In this document: in pieces, positions 18,641-26,961 of the stretch
Numbering within the stretch: the first letter of the stretch is position 1
Layout: the number at the start of each line of letters is the position of its first letter
Source: Tepidisphaera sp.
GTDB lineage: Bacteria; Planctomycetota; Phycisphaerae; Phycisphaerales; UBA1924
DNA length: 64,000 nt
Direction: 5' to 3'
Assembly: GCA_050916045.1 (NCBI GenBank)
Contig: CP051526.1
Location: 1,248,001-1,312,000, forward strand
Notes under the pieces: model-generated
What the model was told of the DNA's origin: nothing
Seen by the model: the letters and a program-made list of their open reading frames with translations, nothing else
Databases searched by the model: none
Position numbers and translations under genes: made by a program

Positions 18641-19327
18641 TCACTGCGGCTTGGCGGGGATGCGGAGCTTCATGCCCGGGCGGAGGGCGTTCTCGTCGGG
18701 GAGGAGCGAGCGGTTGGCTTCCACGATCGCTTGCCAGTCCTTGCTTGAGCCCCAGACCTTCTGGGCGATGCCCGAAAGTGTGTCACCCTTCACGACGAGG
18801 TATTCGGTGAGGTTCGCCGTGCCGCTTGCGGGCTGGCCGGAGGGGGTCGGGCTGGATGGCGCGGGCTTGCCCTGGATGTTGGTCGGGTCTTTCGGGAGGC
18901 GGATCTGGTCGCCGGGCTTGAGCCGGCGGGGGTCCTTCATCGGGTTGGCCCGAGCGATGGCGGTGTGCAGGCGTGAGGAGCCGTAACGGGCTTTGGCGAT
19001 GGTTTCGAAGGTCTCGCCTTGCTTGACCGTGTACGTCTCGAACTCGGGCGGAATGACGGCTGGGCCGGGCGCCGGGGCTGGGGCCGGGACGGGCGCGGGG
19101 GGGGCGGGTTCCGGCTTGGGAAGCGGCTCGACGGGAGCGGGCTTGACGGCCTGCTCAGGGTTGGTGAGGCCGGTACGAGCGGCGGGGAGGGGCGTGCTAA
19201 GGGAATCGGGGAGCGGCGCGATGCCGTCAGAGCCCTTGCCGCTTGGCTCATAGAGCCAGTACGCGCCGATCCAGACGAGCGCGAGACAGCCGGTCGCGGC
19301 CATCAGTCTGGATGATGCGGATTCCAT
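18641..19327 (-). CDS. Membrane-anchored protein with two LysM domains
   Basis: YTVKQGETFETIAKARYG...IARAN...LKPGDQIRLP and YLVVKGDTLSGIAQKVWG...LRPGMKLRIP; N-terminal TM. Confidence 0.92.
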   Translation of the reverse strand: MESASSRLMAATGCLALVWIGAYWLYEPSGKGSDGIAPLPDSLSTPLPAARTGLTNPEQAVKPAPVEPLPKPEPAPPAPVPAPAPAPGPAVIPPEFETYTVKQGETFETIAKARYGSSRLHTAIARANPMKDPRRLKPGDQIRLPKDPTNIQGKPAPSSPTPSGQPASGTANLTEYLVVKGDTLSGIAQKVWGSSKDWQAIVEANRSLLPDENALRPGMKLRIPAKPQ

Positions 19328-19403
19328 GCCAAAGCCTCCGAGTCATTGTATCGACACGAGTACGGGCGGACCTTGTGACCGATCGCGCGCGGGCGACCGA
19401 TTT

Positions 19404-22400
19404 CTATCGGGCCGGCAGCGCAGGATTTGCGCCCTCGTCGGTGGGCTCGGCGTCATCGATCGTTTCGGCGGCACCGCGGCGAGCGCCGCACACCATCGGA
19501 GCGGCGAGCATGATCGAGGACAGCGTTCCGACCACGATGCCGAGGCCGAGGGTGTAGGCGAAGGGCTTGAGGGCATCGCCGCCGACGGTGTAGAGGACGA
19601 CGGTTGAGAGGATGGTCGTGGTGCCGGTGAGCAGCGTTCGGCTGATGCACTGGTTGACCGAGTCGTTGACCATCTGGCGGGTGACGACCTTGGCTTTCCC
19701 GCGGTTTTCGCGGATGCGGTCCAAGAGCACGATCTTGTCGTTGATCGAGTAGCCGAGCACGGTGAGCACGGAGGCGACGACGGTGAGGTCGATCTTGAAG
19801 GGGACCATGCCCAGGGCGTTGGCGACGGCGGGGAGGTTGTCGTAGATGAGCTCAGCCGCGGCGATGAGGCCGATGGCGATCAAGCAGTCCATGAGGGTGG
19901 GGACGATCGCGGCGATCGAGAACCGGATCGAGTTGAACCGGATCCAGATGAAGAGCACGATGAGGAGCGCCGCGACGATGACGCAGAGGATCGCTTGCGC
20001 GACGAAGGTCTTCGCGATGGCCGGGCTGAACTCGTTGGCGGAGAGGAGGGACGTCTCCTCGGTGAGGGCCGAGCGGACGACGGCCCACTCGGTGTCGCGG
20101 ACGTTGACCCGCCAGTCGTCCGAAGACCCAATGCTGAGGTGTTCGGCGTCGAGAGAGACGAGGACTGCGGAGCGAACGGCGCTTTCATCGCCAGCGAGGA
20201 TCACGATGTCGGTGAGGGTGCGGGTTGCGCCGCGGAGGCCCGGCTTGTTGCGGGCGCTGGTGACTCGATCGCGGAGCTCGCGGAGGGGCACGGGGGGCGT
20301 GATTTCCTCGAGGAGGGTGGCGATGCCGCCGCGGTACTCGGGGAGAACGACGCCGACCTCGGGCTTGCCGATGACGTCGCCGAGGCGGGGGCGGTTGATC
20401 GGGAAGGCGGGGATGGTGTCGCCGCCATCAAGATCGGATCCCTTGAACTTGAGCTCCTGGCGGCGCTCGATGGCGTCGCCGAAGGCTTCGAGGACCGCGG
20501 CGGAGACGACGTCGGTGTCGGGGAGAAGGGTCTTGAGGCTGAACTTGTCGGAGGAGAGGTCCGCTCGCGGGTCGATCACCTGGACGGTGACGTTGCGGAG
20601 GTCGCGGGGGTAACGGTCGGTCTCGGCGACCTTGAGGAAGCGTTCCTCGACCTCGCTGCGCTTGAGGGTCATGGCCTGACCGGTCGCGGGGTCGGTGCGG
20701 AGCTGCAGGACGACCTGCGTGCCGCCGCGGAACTCGGTGTCGAACATCTCGCGGTTGCGATAGCCGATGAGGGCGAAGGCGCCGATCGTGGCCGCCAGAC
20801 AGATCGTGTAGAACACGCCGCGGAGGCGCATCCAGTCGACGCTGAGGGTGAACGCACGCTGGACCGCTGGGACCGCCATGGGGAGCATGGAGGTGGTGCG
20901 CCAGCCAAGCTTGAGCGCGATGTCGAAGAGCAGGCGGGTGAAGACGAGCTGGGCGAAGAGCGTGGTGACCACGCCGATGCTCATGGTGACGGCGAAGCCT
21001 CGGATCTCGGTGGTGCCGAAGATGAAGAGAACCGAGCAGACCAGCAGGTGGGTCGAGTTGCCGTCGATGATGGCGGACATCGCGCGGTTGTAGCCCAGGC
21101 CGACGGCTTCCTTGAGGGCGACGCGCTTGGCGAGCTCTTCACGCATGCGCTCGAAGATCAGCACGTTGGCGTCGACGGCCATCGCGAAAGCCAGGATGAC
21201 GCCGGCGATGCCGGGCAGGGTGAAAGCGGCTTTGTTGAGCGCCATGAGCGCGATGAGGAGGAACGTGTTGAGGGCGAGGGCGAGGGTCGAGACCAGGCCG
21301 CAGGTGAAGTAGTAGACGATGAGGAAGCCGGCGCAGATGGCGAAGGAGATGTAGCCGGCGTTGAGGCCTCGCTGGAGGTTGTCGCGGCCGAGGGTCGGGC
21401 TCAGGATCGACTGGCTGATGGGTTCGGGGCTGAGCTTGGCCTGGAGGGCGCCGGCGACGAGGACCTTGATGACGTACTGGCGTTCGGAGTCGGAATCGAC
21501 GCCGGTGATGTTTCCGTTTCGGGAGATGGCGTTGAGGAGGCGCGGGGCGGTGTAGACCTCATCGTCGAGGACGATGGCCATGTTCTGGCCGACGTGGCGG
21601 GCGGTGAGGTCGCCGAGGAGGACCGAGCCGACGTTGTCCATCGTGAAGGCGATGGCGGGCTTGCCCATTTCGTCGCGCGAGTCCATGGCGTTGGAGACGG
21701 CCCAGTTGCCGCTTGCACCGGTGAGCTTGGCGCTCGCGGTATCCCAGCAGAGGAGGTAGTACCCGTCGAGGTAGGCTTCGCCGACGTAGCCCATGCCGGC
21801 GAAGAACGCGGCGGGGTTGGCGCGGAGGAGGTCTCGCTGGGAGACCGAGTCGTACCAGCTGGCGATGTCATTGATCTTGAACCAGCGGGCGTCGGGGCGG
21901 CGGGCGACGGCGGGGCCGCGCTCGGCGAGCTCGCGGCGGAGCGAGAGCTCATCGGGGTGGCCGCCCTCGCCGGGCTTGATCGTGATGCGGAACGCGAGCT
22001 CACCCGAGCCGCGGAGGAGGCGCATGAGGTCCTGCGGGTCGTCGAGGGTGACGCGCTTTTCGGAGTAGGCCTGGTACGCGGTCGCGACATCCTTGAGCTC
22101 ATTGGCCCGGAGCGGGAAGCGGGTCAGGAGCTCGTTGAACTTGATGTCCTGCTGGCTGTCATCGAGGACGCGGACCTTGGGGTCGTCGGTCTTGATGGAG
22201 CGCTTGACGGTGGGGAGCTCGAGGACGCGGCGGACGGTCTCGGGGGAAATGACGCTTGAGGTGAGGGCGTCGACCGCGGCGCGGTACTTGGGGTTGATCT
22301 GGGCTCGCTGGGCGATGAGCTCATCGCGGTCGGCGGCGGGGGCTTCGGCGGGGAGGGCGGCGAGGCGGGCATCCATCGCGGCCAGGGAGTCGTAGAGGCC

Positions 22401-22862
22401 CGCGGCTTCCTTGAGCTTGTCGGCCAGGAGGGCGCGACCGGAAGCCAGCGCGGTGATCGCGGCGTCGCGTTCGGCGGCGGGAAGCGCGAAGACCTGCTGG
22501 AGGCGGCCGGGGGTCGGGCGGAACTCGCCGAGCTTCTGGACGGCCTGGTCGAACTCCTGACGGAGCTTCTTGACCGCGTCGCCGGGGAGCGGCATCGTGA
22601 TTTCGATGCGTTCAGCGCCGAGCTGCGTGACGGCGATCTCCATCACGCCCTTGGGGTCGATGCGTTCCTTGACGGCGTCGATGACGCGGCCGACGACGGA
22701 GGTGCTGTCCTCGCCGGGCCCGACCTGGACGTTGTAGACGAGGCTGATGCCGCCGGCGAGGTCGCGGCCGTAGCGGATCTGCTTTTCGGGCGGCCAGATG
22801 AACCAGGCGCAGGCCGCGAGGACGACGACTTGCAGGAGAATGCGCTTCCAGAGGCTCGACAT
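19404..22862 (-). CDS. secDF: Fused protein translocase subunit SecD/SecF
   Basis: GRDLAGG, MAIVLDDEVYTAP, TLPGIAG...DANVLIFERMREE (SecD); EFRGGT, GYSINDKIVLLDRIREN (SecF). Confidence 0.95.
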   Translation of the reverse strand: MSSLWKRILLQVVVLAACAWFIWPPEKQIRYGRDLAGGISLVYNVQVGPGEDSTSVVGRVIDAVKERIDPKGVMEIAVTQLGAERIEITMPLPGDAVKKLRQEFDQAVQKLGEFRPTPGRLQQVFALPAAERDAAITALASGRALLADKLKEAAGLYDSLAAMDARLAALPAEAPAADRDELIAQRAQINPKYRAAVDALTSSVISPETVRRVLELPTVKRSIKTDDPKVRVLDDSQQDIKFNELLTRFPLRANELKDVATAYQAYSEKRVTLDDPQDLMRLLRGSGELAFRITIKPGEGGHPDELSLRRELAERGPAVARRPDARWFKINDIASWYDSVSQRDLLRANPAAFFAGMGYVGEAYLDGYYLLCWDTASAKLTGASGNWAVSNAMDSRDEMGKPAIAFTMDNVGSVLLGDLTARHVGQNMAIVLDDEVYTAPRLLNAISRNGNITGVDSDSERQYVIKVLVAGALQAKLSPEPISQSILSPTLGRDNLQRGLNAGYISFAICAGFLIVYYFTCGLVSTLALALNTFLLIALMALNKAAFTLPGIAGVILAFAMAVDANVLIFERMREELAKRVALKEAVGLGYNRAMSAIIDGNSTHLLVCSVLFIFGTTEIRGFAVTMSIGVVTTLFAQLVFTRLLFDIALKLGWRTTSMLPMAVPAVQRAFTLSVDWMRLRGVFYTICLAATIGAFALIGYRNREMFDTEFRGGTQVVLQLRTDPATGQAMTLKRSEVEERFLKVAETDRYPRDLRNVTVQVIDPRADLSSDKFSLKTLLPDTDVVSAAVLEAFGDAIERRQELKFKGSDLDGGDTIPAFPINRPRLGDVIGKPEVGVVLPEYRGGIATLLEEITPPVPLRELRDRVTSARNKPGLRGATRTLTDIVILAGDESAVRSAVLVSLDAEHLSIGSSDDWRVNVRDTEWAVVRSALTEETSLLSANEFSPAIAKTFVAQAILCVIVAALLIVLFIWIRFNSIRFSIAAIVPTLMDCLIAIGLIAAAELIYDNLPAVANALGMVPFKIDLTVVASVLTVLGYSINDKIVLLDRIRENRGKAKVVTRQMVNDSVNQCISRTLLTGTTTILSTVVLYTVGGDALKPFAYTLGLGIVVGTLSSIMLAAPMVCGARRGAAETIDDAEPTDEGANPALPAR

Positions 22863-22934
22863 CGTGTTGCTCGTTCCGTGTGGGCGCGGGAAGTGGTCCC
22901 CGCGCGATCTTCCGAAGGTCCGGTGCGGGACCGA

Positions 22935-23459
22935 TCAGGAGTTGGCGGTTTCTTTCTTGGTTTCCTTGGTCTCGATCGTGGCGACGGCGCCGTCCTTGGC
23001 TTTGGTGGAGCGGAGGACCGTCTGGACCGCGGACTTGACGTACCGGGCTTTGCCCTCTTCAAACTTGATGATCACCTCGGTCTCGCGGATGTCGGCCACG
23101 ATGCCGATCTCTCCGCCGATGAGCTGGACGGTGTCACCCTTGCTGACCGAGTCGAGGAGCTCCTGCCGCTTCTTCTTCTCGGCTTTGCCCGTGCGCCACT
23201 GCATGAAGATCATGAACGCGAAGACCGCGACGATGATCCAGAGGAAGCCAAAGCCGGGGGGCGGCGCGGCGTTCGGGCCGGTGCCGGCGGGGGTGCCGGT
23301 GCCCGCGGTGGGCGTGCTCGGGATCGCGCCGCCCTGCGTCGCCGCGGGAACGGGGCCGCCGAGGGACTGATTGCTCGGATTGCCTTCCTGAGCGAGGATC
23401 AGGACCGGGGAGTGGATGAGCGGGCTGGCTTGCGAGCCGGTCCAATCGAGATGCAGCAT
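22935..23459 (-). CDS. yajC: Preprotein translocase subunit YajC
   Basis: TM followed by KKRQELLDSVSKGDTVQLIGGEIGIV; canonical tgt-yajC-secD order. Confidence 0.9.
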   Translation of the reverse strand: MLHLDWTGSQASPLIHSPVLILAQEGNPSNQSLGGPVPAATQGGAIPSTPTAGTGTPAGTGPNAAPPPGFGFLWIIVAVFAFMIFMQWRTGKAEKKKRQELLDSVSKGDTVQLIGGEIGIVADIRETEVIIKFEEGKARYVKSAVQTVLRSTKAKDGAVATIETKETKKETANS

Positions 23460-23553
23460 TGGTGTTTAACCTTTGTTTGGGTCTACCGTCATTGCCAAGG
23501 GGGAACGGTAGGCGTTTGGGACCGGTTTTTCAGGGGCGGCCCGATGCGGGGCT

Positions 23554-24813
23554 TCAGCCAAGACCGGGGGCCGCGACGGGCCAGCGGTGGAGGAATCCGG
23601 CCCAGTCGTCGGCGGGAATCGTGGCTCGCAGGTCGGCCATGAAGCGTTGGAAGTGGCGCAGGTTGTGCAGGGTGACGAGGATGGGTCCGAGCATCTCCTC
23701 GGCCATGAAGAGGTGGCGGATGTACCCGCGCGAGAAGAAGGGGAGGTCCTCGCCGGCGGGTCCCCTCATCGCGTACCGGCTTGGCGTGCAGGCCGGGCAG
23801 TCGCAGGTTGGGTCGATCGGGGCTTGCTCTTTGGCGAACTTCGCGTTCCGCAGGCGGATCTGGCCGGTGGGGGTGAAGGCGTTGGCGTTGCGGCCGTTGC
23901 GCGTGGGGAGGACGCAATCGAACATGTCGACGCCCGCGCGGACGGCGGCGAGGAGGTCGCGTTCGTAGCCGACGCCCATGAGGTAACGCGGCTTGGCGTC
24001 GGGCATGAGCGGCGCGGTGTGGCGGACGACCGAAGCGATCTGCTCGGGGCCTTCGCCGACGGCGACGCCGCCGATGGCGTAGCCGGGGAGGTCGATGTTG
24101 CAGATGCGCTCGACGCACCATGACCGGGCGGCCATGTCGGTGCCGCCCTGGATGATGCCGAAGAGGGACTGCTCGGAGGGGCGGGTGTGGGCTTGCTTGC
24201 AGCGCTCAAGCCAGCGGACGGTGCGCTCGTTGGCGATGGCGACGCGCTGGGCGTGGTCGTACTTGTGGTCGCGGCGAAGGACTCGGGCGAGTCGCGGATC
24301 GGCGGGCGCCTCCGCATCGCCGGGCTCGGGAGCGGACGCGGGGTTTGACGGCGGGCAGTCGTCAAAGGCCATCATGATGTCGGGGCCGAGGAGGTTCTGG
24401 ACGCGGATGGACTCCTCGGGCGTCATGCGGATCATCTTGCCATCGATGATGGACTTGAACGTGACGCCGTCATCATCGACGGAGTTGGTGTCGGCCATCG
24501 AGTAGGCCTGGTAGCCGCCCGAGTCGGTCAGGATCGGTCCGTTCCAGGACATGAATCGGTGGACGCCGCCCATCTCGGCGATCAGGTCCGGGCCGGGGCG
24601 GAGGAGCAGGTGGTAGGTGTTGTTGAGGAGGATCTGGGCTCCGGTCTCGGCGACCAGATGCGGGAGGATGCCCTTGACCGAGCCGCGGGTGCCGACGGGC
24701 ATGAACGCGGGCGTGTCAAAGTCGCCATGGAGCGTGGAGACGCGGCCGACCCGCGCATGGGTGGTGGCGGAGCGGGCGGCGATGGTGAAGGTGAGGGGGG
24801 TGGGGGGGGGCAA
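23554..24813 (-). CDS. tgt: tRNA-guanine transglycosylase
   Basis: TPAFMPVGT, NTYHL, LTDSGGYQ, KPRYLMGVG, DMFDCVLPTRNGRN, Zn site CDCPAC...H. Confidence 0.97.
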   Translation of the reverse strand: MPPPTPLTFTIAARSATTHARVGRVSTLHGDFDTPAFMPVGTRGSVKGILPHLVAETGAQILLNNTYHLLLRPGPDLIAEMGGVHRFMSWNGPILTDSGGYQAYSMADTNSVDDDGVTFKSIIDGKMIRMTPEESIRVQNLLGPDIMMAFDDCPPSNPASAPEPGDAEAPADPRLARVLRRDHKYDHAQRVAIANERTVRWLERCKQAHTRPSEQSLFGIIQGGTDMAARSWCVERICNIDLPGYAIGGVAVGEGPEQIASVVRHTAPLMPDAKPRYLMGVGYERDLLAAVRAGVDMFDCVLPTRNGRNANAFTPTGQIRLRNAKFAKEQAPIDPTCDCPACTPSRYAMRGPAGEDLPFFSRGYIRHLFMAEEMLGPILVTLHNLRHFQRFMADLRATIPADDWAGFLHRWPVAAPGLG

Positions 24814-24837
24814 GGGGCGAGTCTAGCGGAGGGGGGC

Positions 24838-24913
24838 GGGACGCGGGGACACGGGGAGAGGGGGACACGGGAGGGGGACACGGGGAGGGGGTGGGGGTGG
24901 GGGGGTGGGGGGG
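24838..24913. repeat. ~8-bp GGGACACG-type repeats followed by G-tract array
   Basis: gggacgcg gggacacg gggagagg gggacacg..., then G5-T-G5-T-G7-T-G7. Confidence 0.8.
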
Positions 24914-24919
24914 CAGAAC

Positions 24920-24961
24920 TTCAAATTTCAAACTTCAAATTTCAAACTTGAGATTTGAAAT
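24920..24961. repeat. Heptanucleotide tandem repeat x6
   Basis: TTCAAAT TTCAAAC TTCAAAT TTCAAAC TTGAGAT TTGAAAT; AT-rich patch in GC-rich DNA, partly palindromic. Confidence 0.9.
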
Positions 24962-25016
24962 CCCGGTTCCCCCCCTCCGCCCCCGCCCAACGTCGCATAA
25001 CCCGTGCGGAGCGACA

Positions 25017-25205
25017 AATCGTCTCGACGATTTTCCATTTCGGCCCGACGATTTTGCAAATCTGGTCGACCAATCGGCAAAACCCCCGGACGGAGCGTCG
25101 CGCGGCCCGGGCGATTTCCCATGTCGTCCCGACGATTTTGCGAATCGTCTCGACCATTTCCCAATTCGTCCCGCCAAACCCCCGCTCCGCCCGGCCTCGG
25201 CGTCG
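25017..25205. repeat. Degenerate 21-bp tandem array, 9 units
   Basis: aatcgtctcgacgattttcca / tttcggcccgacgattttgca / aatctggtcgaccaatcggca / ... / tgtcgtcccgacgattttgcg / aatcgtctcgaccatttccca ... Confidence 0.8.
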
Positions 25206-25230
25206 CGAGACCCGGCTCTGGACGCCGCCG

Positions 25231-25300
25231 CTGCCTCCACCTCTCTGCCTCCACCGCTCTGCCTCGACCTCTCTGCTTCGACCTCTCTGCTTCGACCTCT
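25231..25300. repeat. 14-bp tandem repeat x5
   Basis: ctgcctccacctct ctgcctccaccgct ctgcctcgacctct ctgcttcgacctct ctgcttcgacctct. Confidence 0.92.
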
Positions 25301-25384
25301 TGGCCCGCCGACTTCAACGGCGGCGGGCTCGTGGACTTCTTCGACTATGCCGACTTCGTGGCCGCCTTCGAGGCGGGGTGCTGA
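25301..25384 (+). pseudogene. Orphan C-terminal GC-type dockerin-like tail
   Basis: Translates WPADFNGGGLVDFFDYADFVAAFEAGC*, matching the ADFNxDGxxDFFDY..F...F.xGC C-terminal module of Phycisphaerales exported proteins. No credible upstream gene body. Confidence 0.75.
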
Positions 25385-25399
25385 GGGAGGCGTGAGGCA

Positions 25400-26041
25400 T
25401 CAGGCTTGTGGTGTGAGCCAGTCCGCGGCATCCCAGAGGATCAGGGCGGAGAAGCGGTCGGGGCGGCCTTGGTGGACGATCGTGTTGTGGAGCATCGTCT
25501 CGGCGTAGAGGCGGGCGTCGGTGCTTGCCGGGTCGTTTGCGGGGTCGTTCGCTCTCGCGGCGCGTTCAAGGAAGACGTGGATCGCCCAGGGGTGGTTGGT
25601 GGCGTTGTCGGGCTGGATGTTGGCGAGCGTCCACTCGACGGCGGCATCAAACAGAGGACCCGAGCTCCGAACATCCGCGAGCGAGCTTTGCCGGAGTCGC
25701 CACGACCAGCCGTGCAGCCCGGCGAGTTCCTTTTCGGTTTCCTGCTCGAGAGCCCACGCTTGGGGCAAAGCGAAGAACGGCGGTTCGCGCCGGGGTGGCT
25801 CGGCGGTCAAGTCCGACCAGCTCCAAAGCCAGGGCTCGGTCGTCGTCGGGTTTGGCAAGCCGAGGATCCGGGCGAGCAGGAAGGCATCCCAGACGCGGCG
25901 GTGGCCGGCTTCATCGGCGAAGGTGTCGGCGAAAGATTGTTTCTCGGCGAGGGACGCTTGGCGGACGATGGGCGTGCCCGCGAGGACGGGCTCGGCGATG
26001 TGGCGGAGGCGGCGCGACCAGTCGGCGAGGTTGGTGGTCAT
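25400..26041 (-). CDS. Hypothetical protein
   Basis: ATGA-coupled to the upstream glycosyltransferase; non-low-complexity sequence (QPDNATNHPWAIHVF, LYAETMLHN). Confidence 0.75.
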   Translation of the reverse strand: MTTNLADWSRRLRHIAEPVLAGTPIVRQASLAEKQSFADTFADEAGHRRVWDAFLLARILGLPNPTTTEPWLWSWSDLTAEPPRREPPFFALPQAWALEQETEKELAGLHGWSWRLRQSSLADVRSSGPLFDAAVEWTLANIQPDNATNHPWAIHVFLERAARANDPANDPASTDARLYAETMLHNTIVHQGRPDRFSALILWDAADWLTPQA

Positions 26042-26925
26042 CGGGGCTTCCCGCCAAAGTGCTCGACGCGGCACTCCGGCTGTTCGAGCGGGCTTTCGAG
26101 GCCGCGAGCGGCGCGGACCGGTGTGCCCTTGAGGAATCGCGGGGCGCCGGCGTTGTCGGCCCATGCTCCCCCCACCCCCCCACCCCCCCCGGGGGCGCGG
26201 GTCGGATGCCACTGGTGGTAGACGATGGCGGACGCGACGCCGACGGCCGCGGGGTGGCCGGCTTGGTACAAGCGGCGGCCGAGGTCGTCGTCTTCCGCGC
26301 CCCAGCCGATGTACTCCTCATCAAAGCCGTTGACCTCGCGGTACGCGGCGAGGGTGCAGGAAAAGTTGGCGGAGAGGATCTTGGGCTTGTGCGGCTTGCC
26401 GAGGCCCAAGCGGCGAAGGATGAGGGCGCGGCGGTAGCGGCGGTCGCGGTCGCTCAGGGTGCGCCACTGGTCATCGGTGATGGAAGCGGGCGGATCGCCG
26501 CGGAGGACGGCTCGCTCGTCGAACGCTTCGGTCTGAGCTTGGTCGAGGTCGACGCGGAAGCCGACGACGACCTTTCCGCCGGAGCCGAGGGCTTCGTGGC
26601 GGTCGAGGCAGGCTGGAGCGGGGGCGCAGTCGCCATCAAAGAAGACCAGACGGGTTTCCGGCGGCAGATCGGCGGGGAGCGTTCGCACGGCGTTGTTGCG
26701 GACCTGCGGCGAGCGGCTTTGCCCGGTGTGGGCGCGGCGGACGAGGGTGATCGCGAGGTTGAACTCGGCGGAAGCACCTTGGACGCACGCGGCGAGGTCG
26801 TCGCCATCACCATCGCAGGAGACGACGATGGCGTCGGGCTTCCGGAGCGATGCGGAAGCGGCGAGCAGCGACCGCCGCAGGTGGCGGGTGGTGTGGGTGA
26901 TGAAGATGACCGCGAGGGGGGACAA
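26038..26925 (-). CDS. Family 2 glycosyltransferase with galactosyltransferase-like C-terminal region
   Basis: IVVSCDGD, RNNAV, LVFFDGDC (DxD), VNGFDEEYIGWGAEDDDLGRRL, VYHQWH. Confidence 0.9.
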   Translation of the reverse strand: MSPLAVIFITHTTRHLRRSLLAASASLRKPDAIVVSCDGDGDDLAACVQGASAEFNLAITLVRRAHTGQSRSPQVRNNAVRTLPADLPPETRLVFFDGDCAPAPACLDRHEALGSGGKVVVGFRVDLDQAQTEAFDERAVLRGDPPASITDDQWRTLSDRDRRYRRALILRRLGLGKPHKPKILSANFSCTLAAYREVNGFDEEYIGWGAEDDDLGRRLYQAGHPAAVGVASAIVYHQWHPTRAPGGGGGVGGAWADNAGAPRFLKGTPVRAARGLESPLEQPECRVEHFGGKPR

Positions 26926-26961
26926 GCGGTGAGTTTATGGAGGGGAACGGGCGCGGGTTGC

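Noticed and set aside
25017..25300. CRISPR array
   Set aside because: Repeats are contiguous and degenerate with no unique spacers; no cas genes in the window.
24891..25508. ORFs of 101-205 aa across the repeat cassette
   Set aside because: They only translate tandem repeats and have no SD or -10 context; only the terminal dockerin-like 27 codons look protein-derived.
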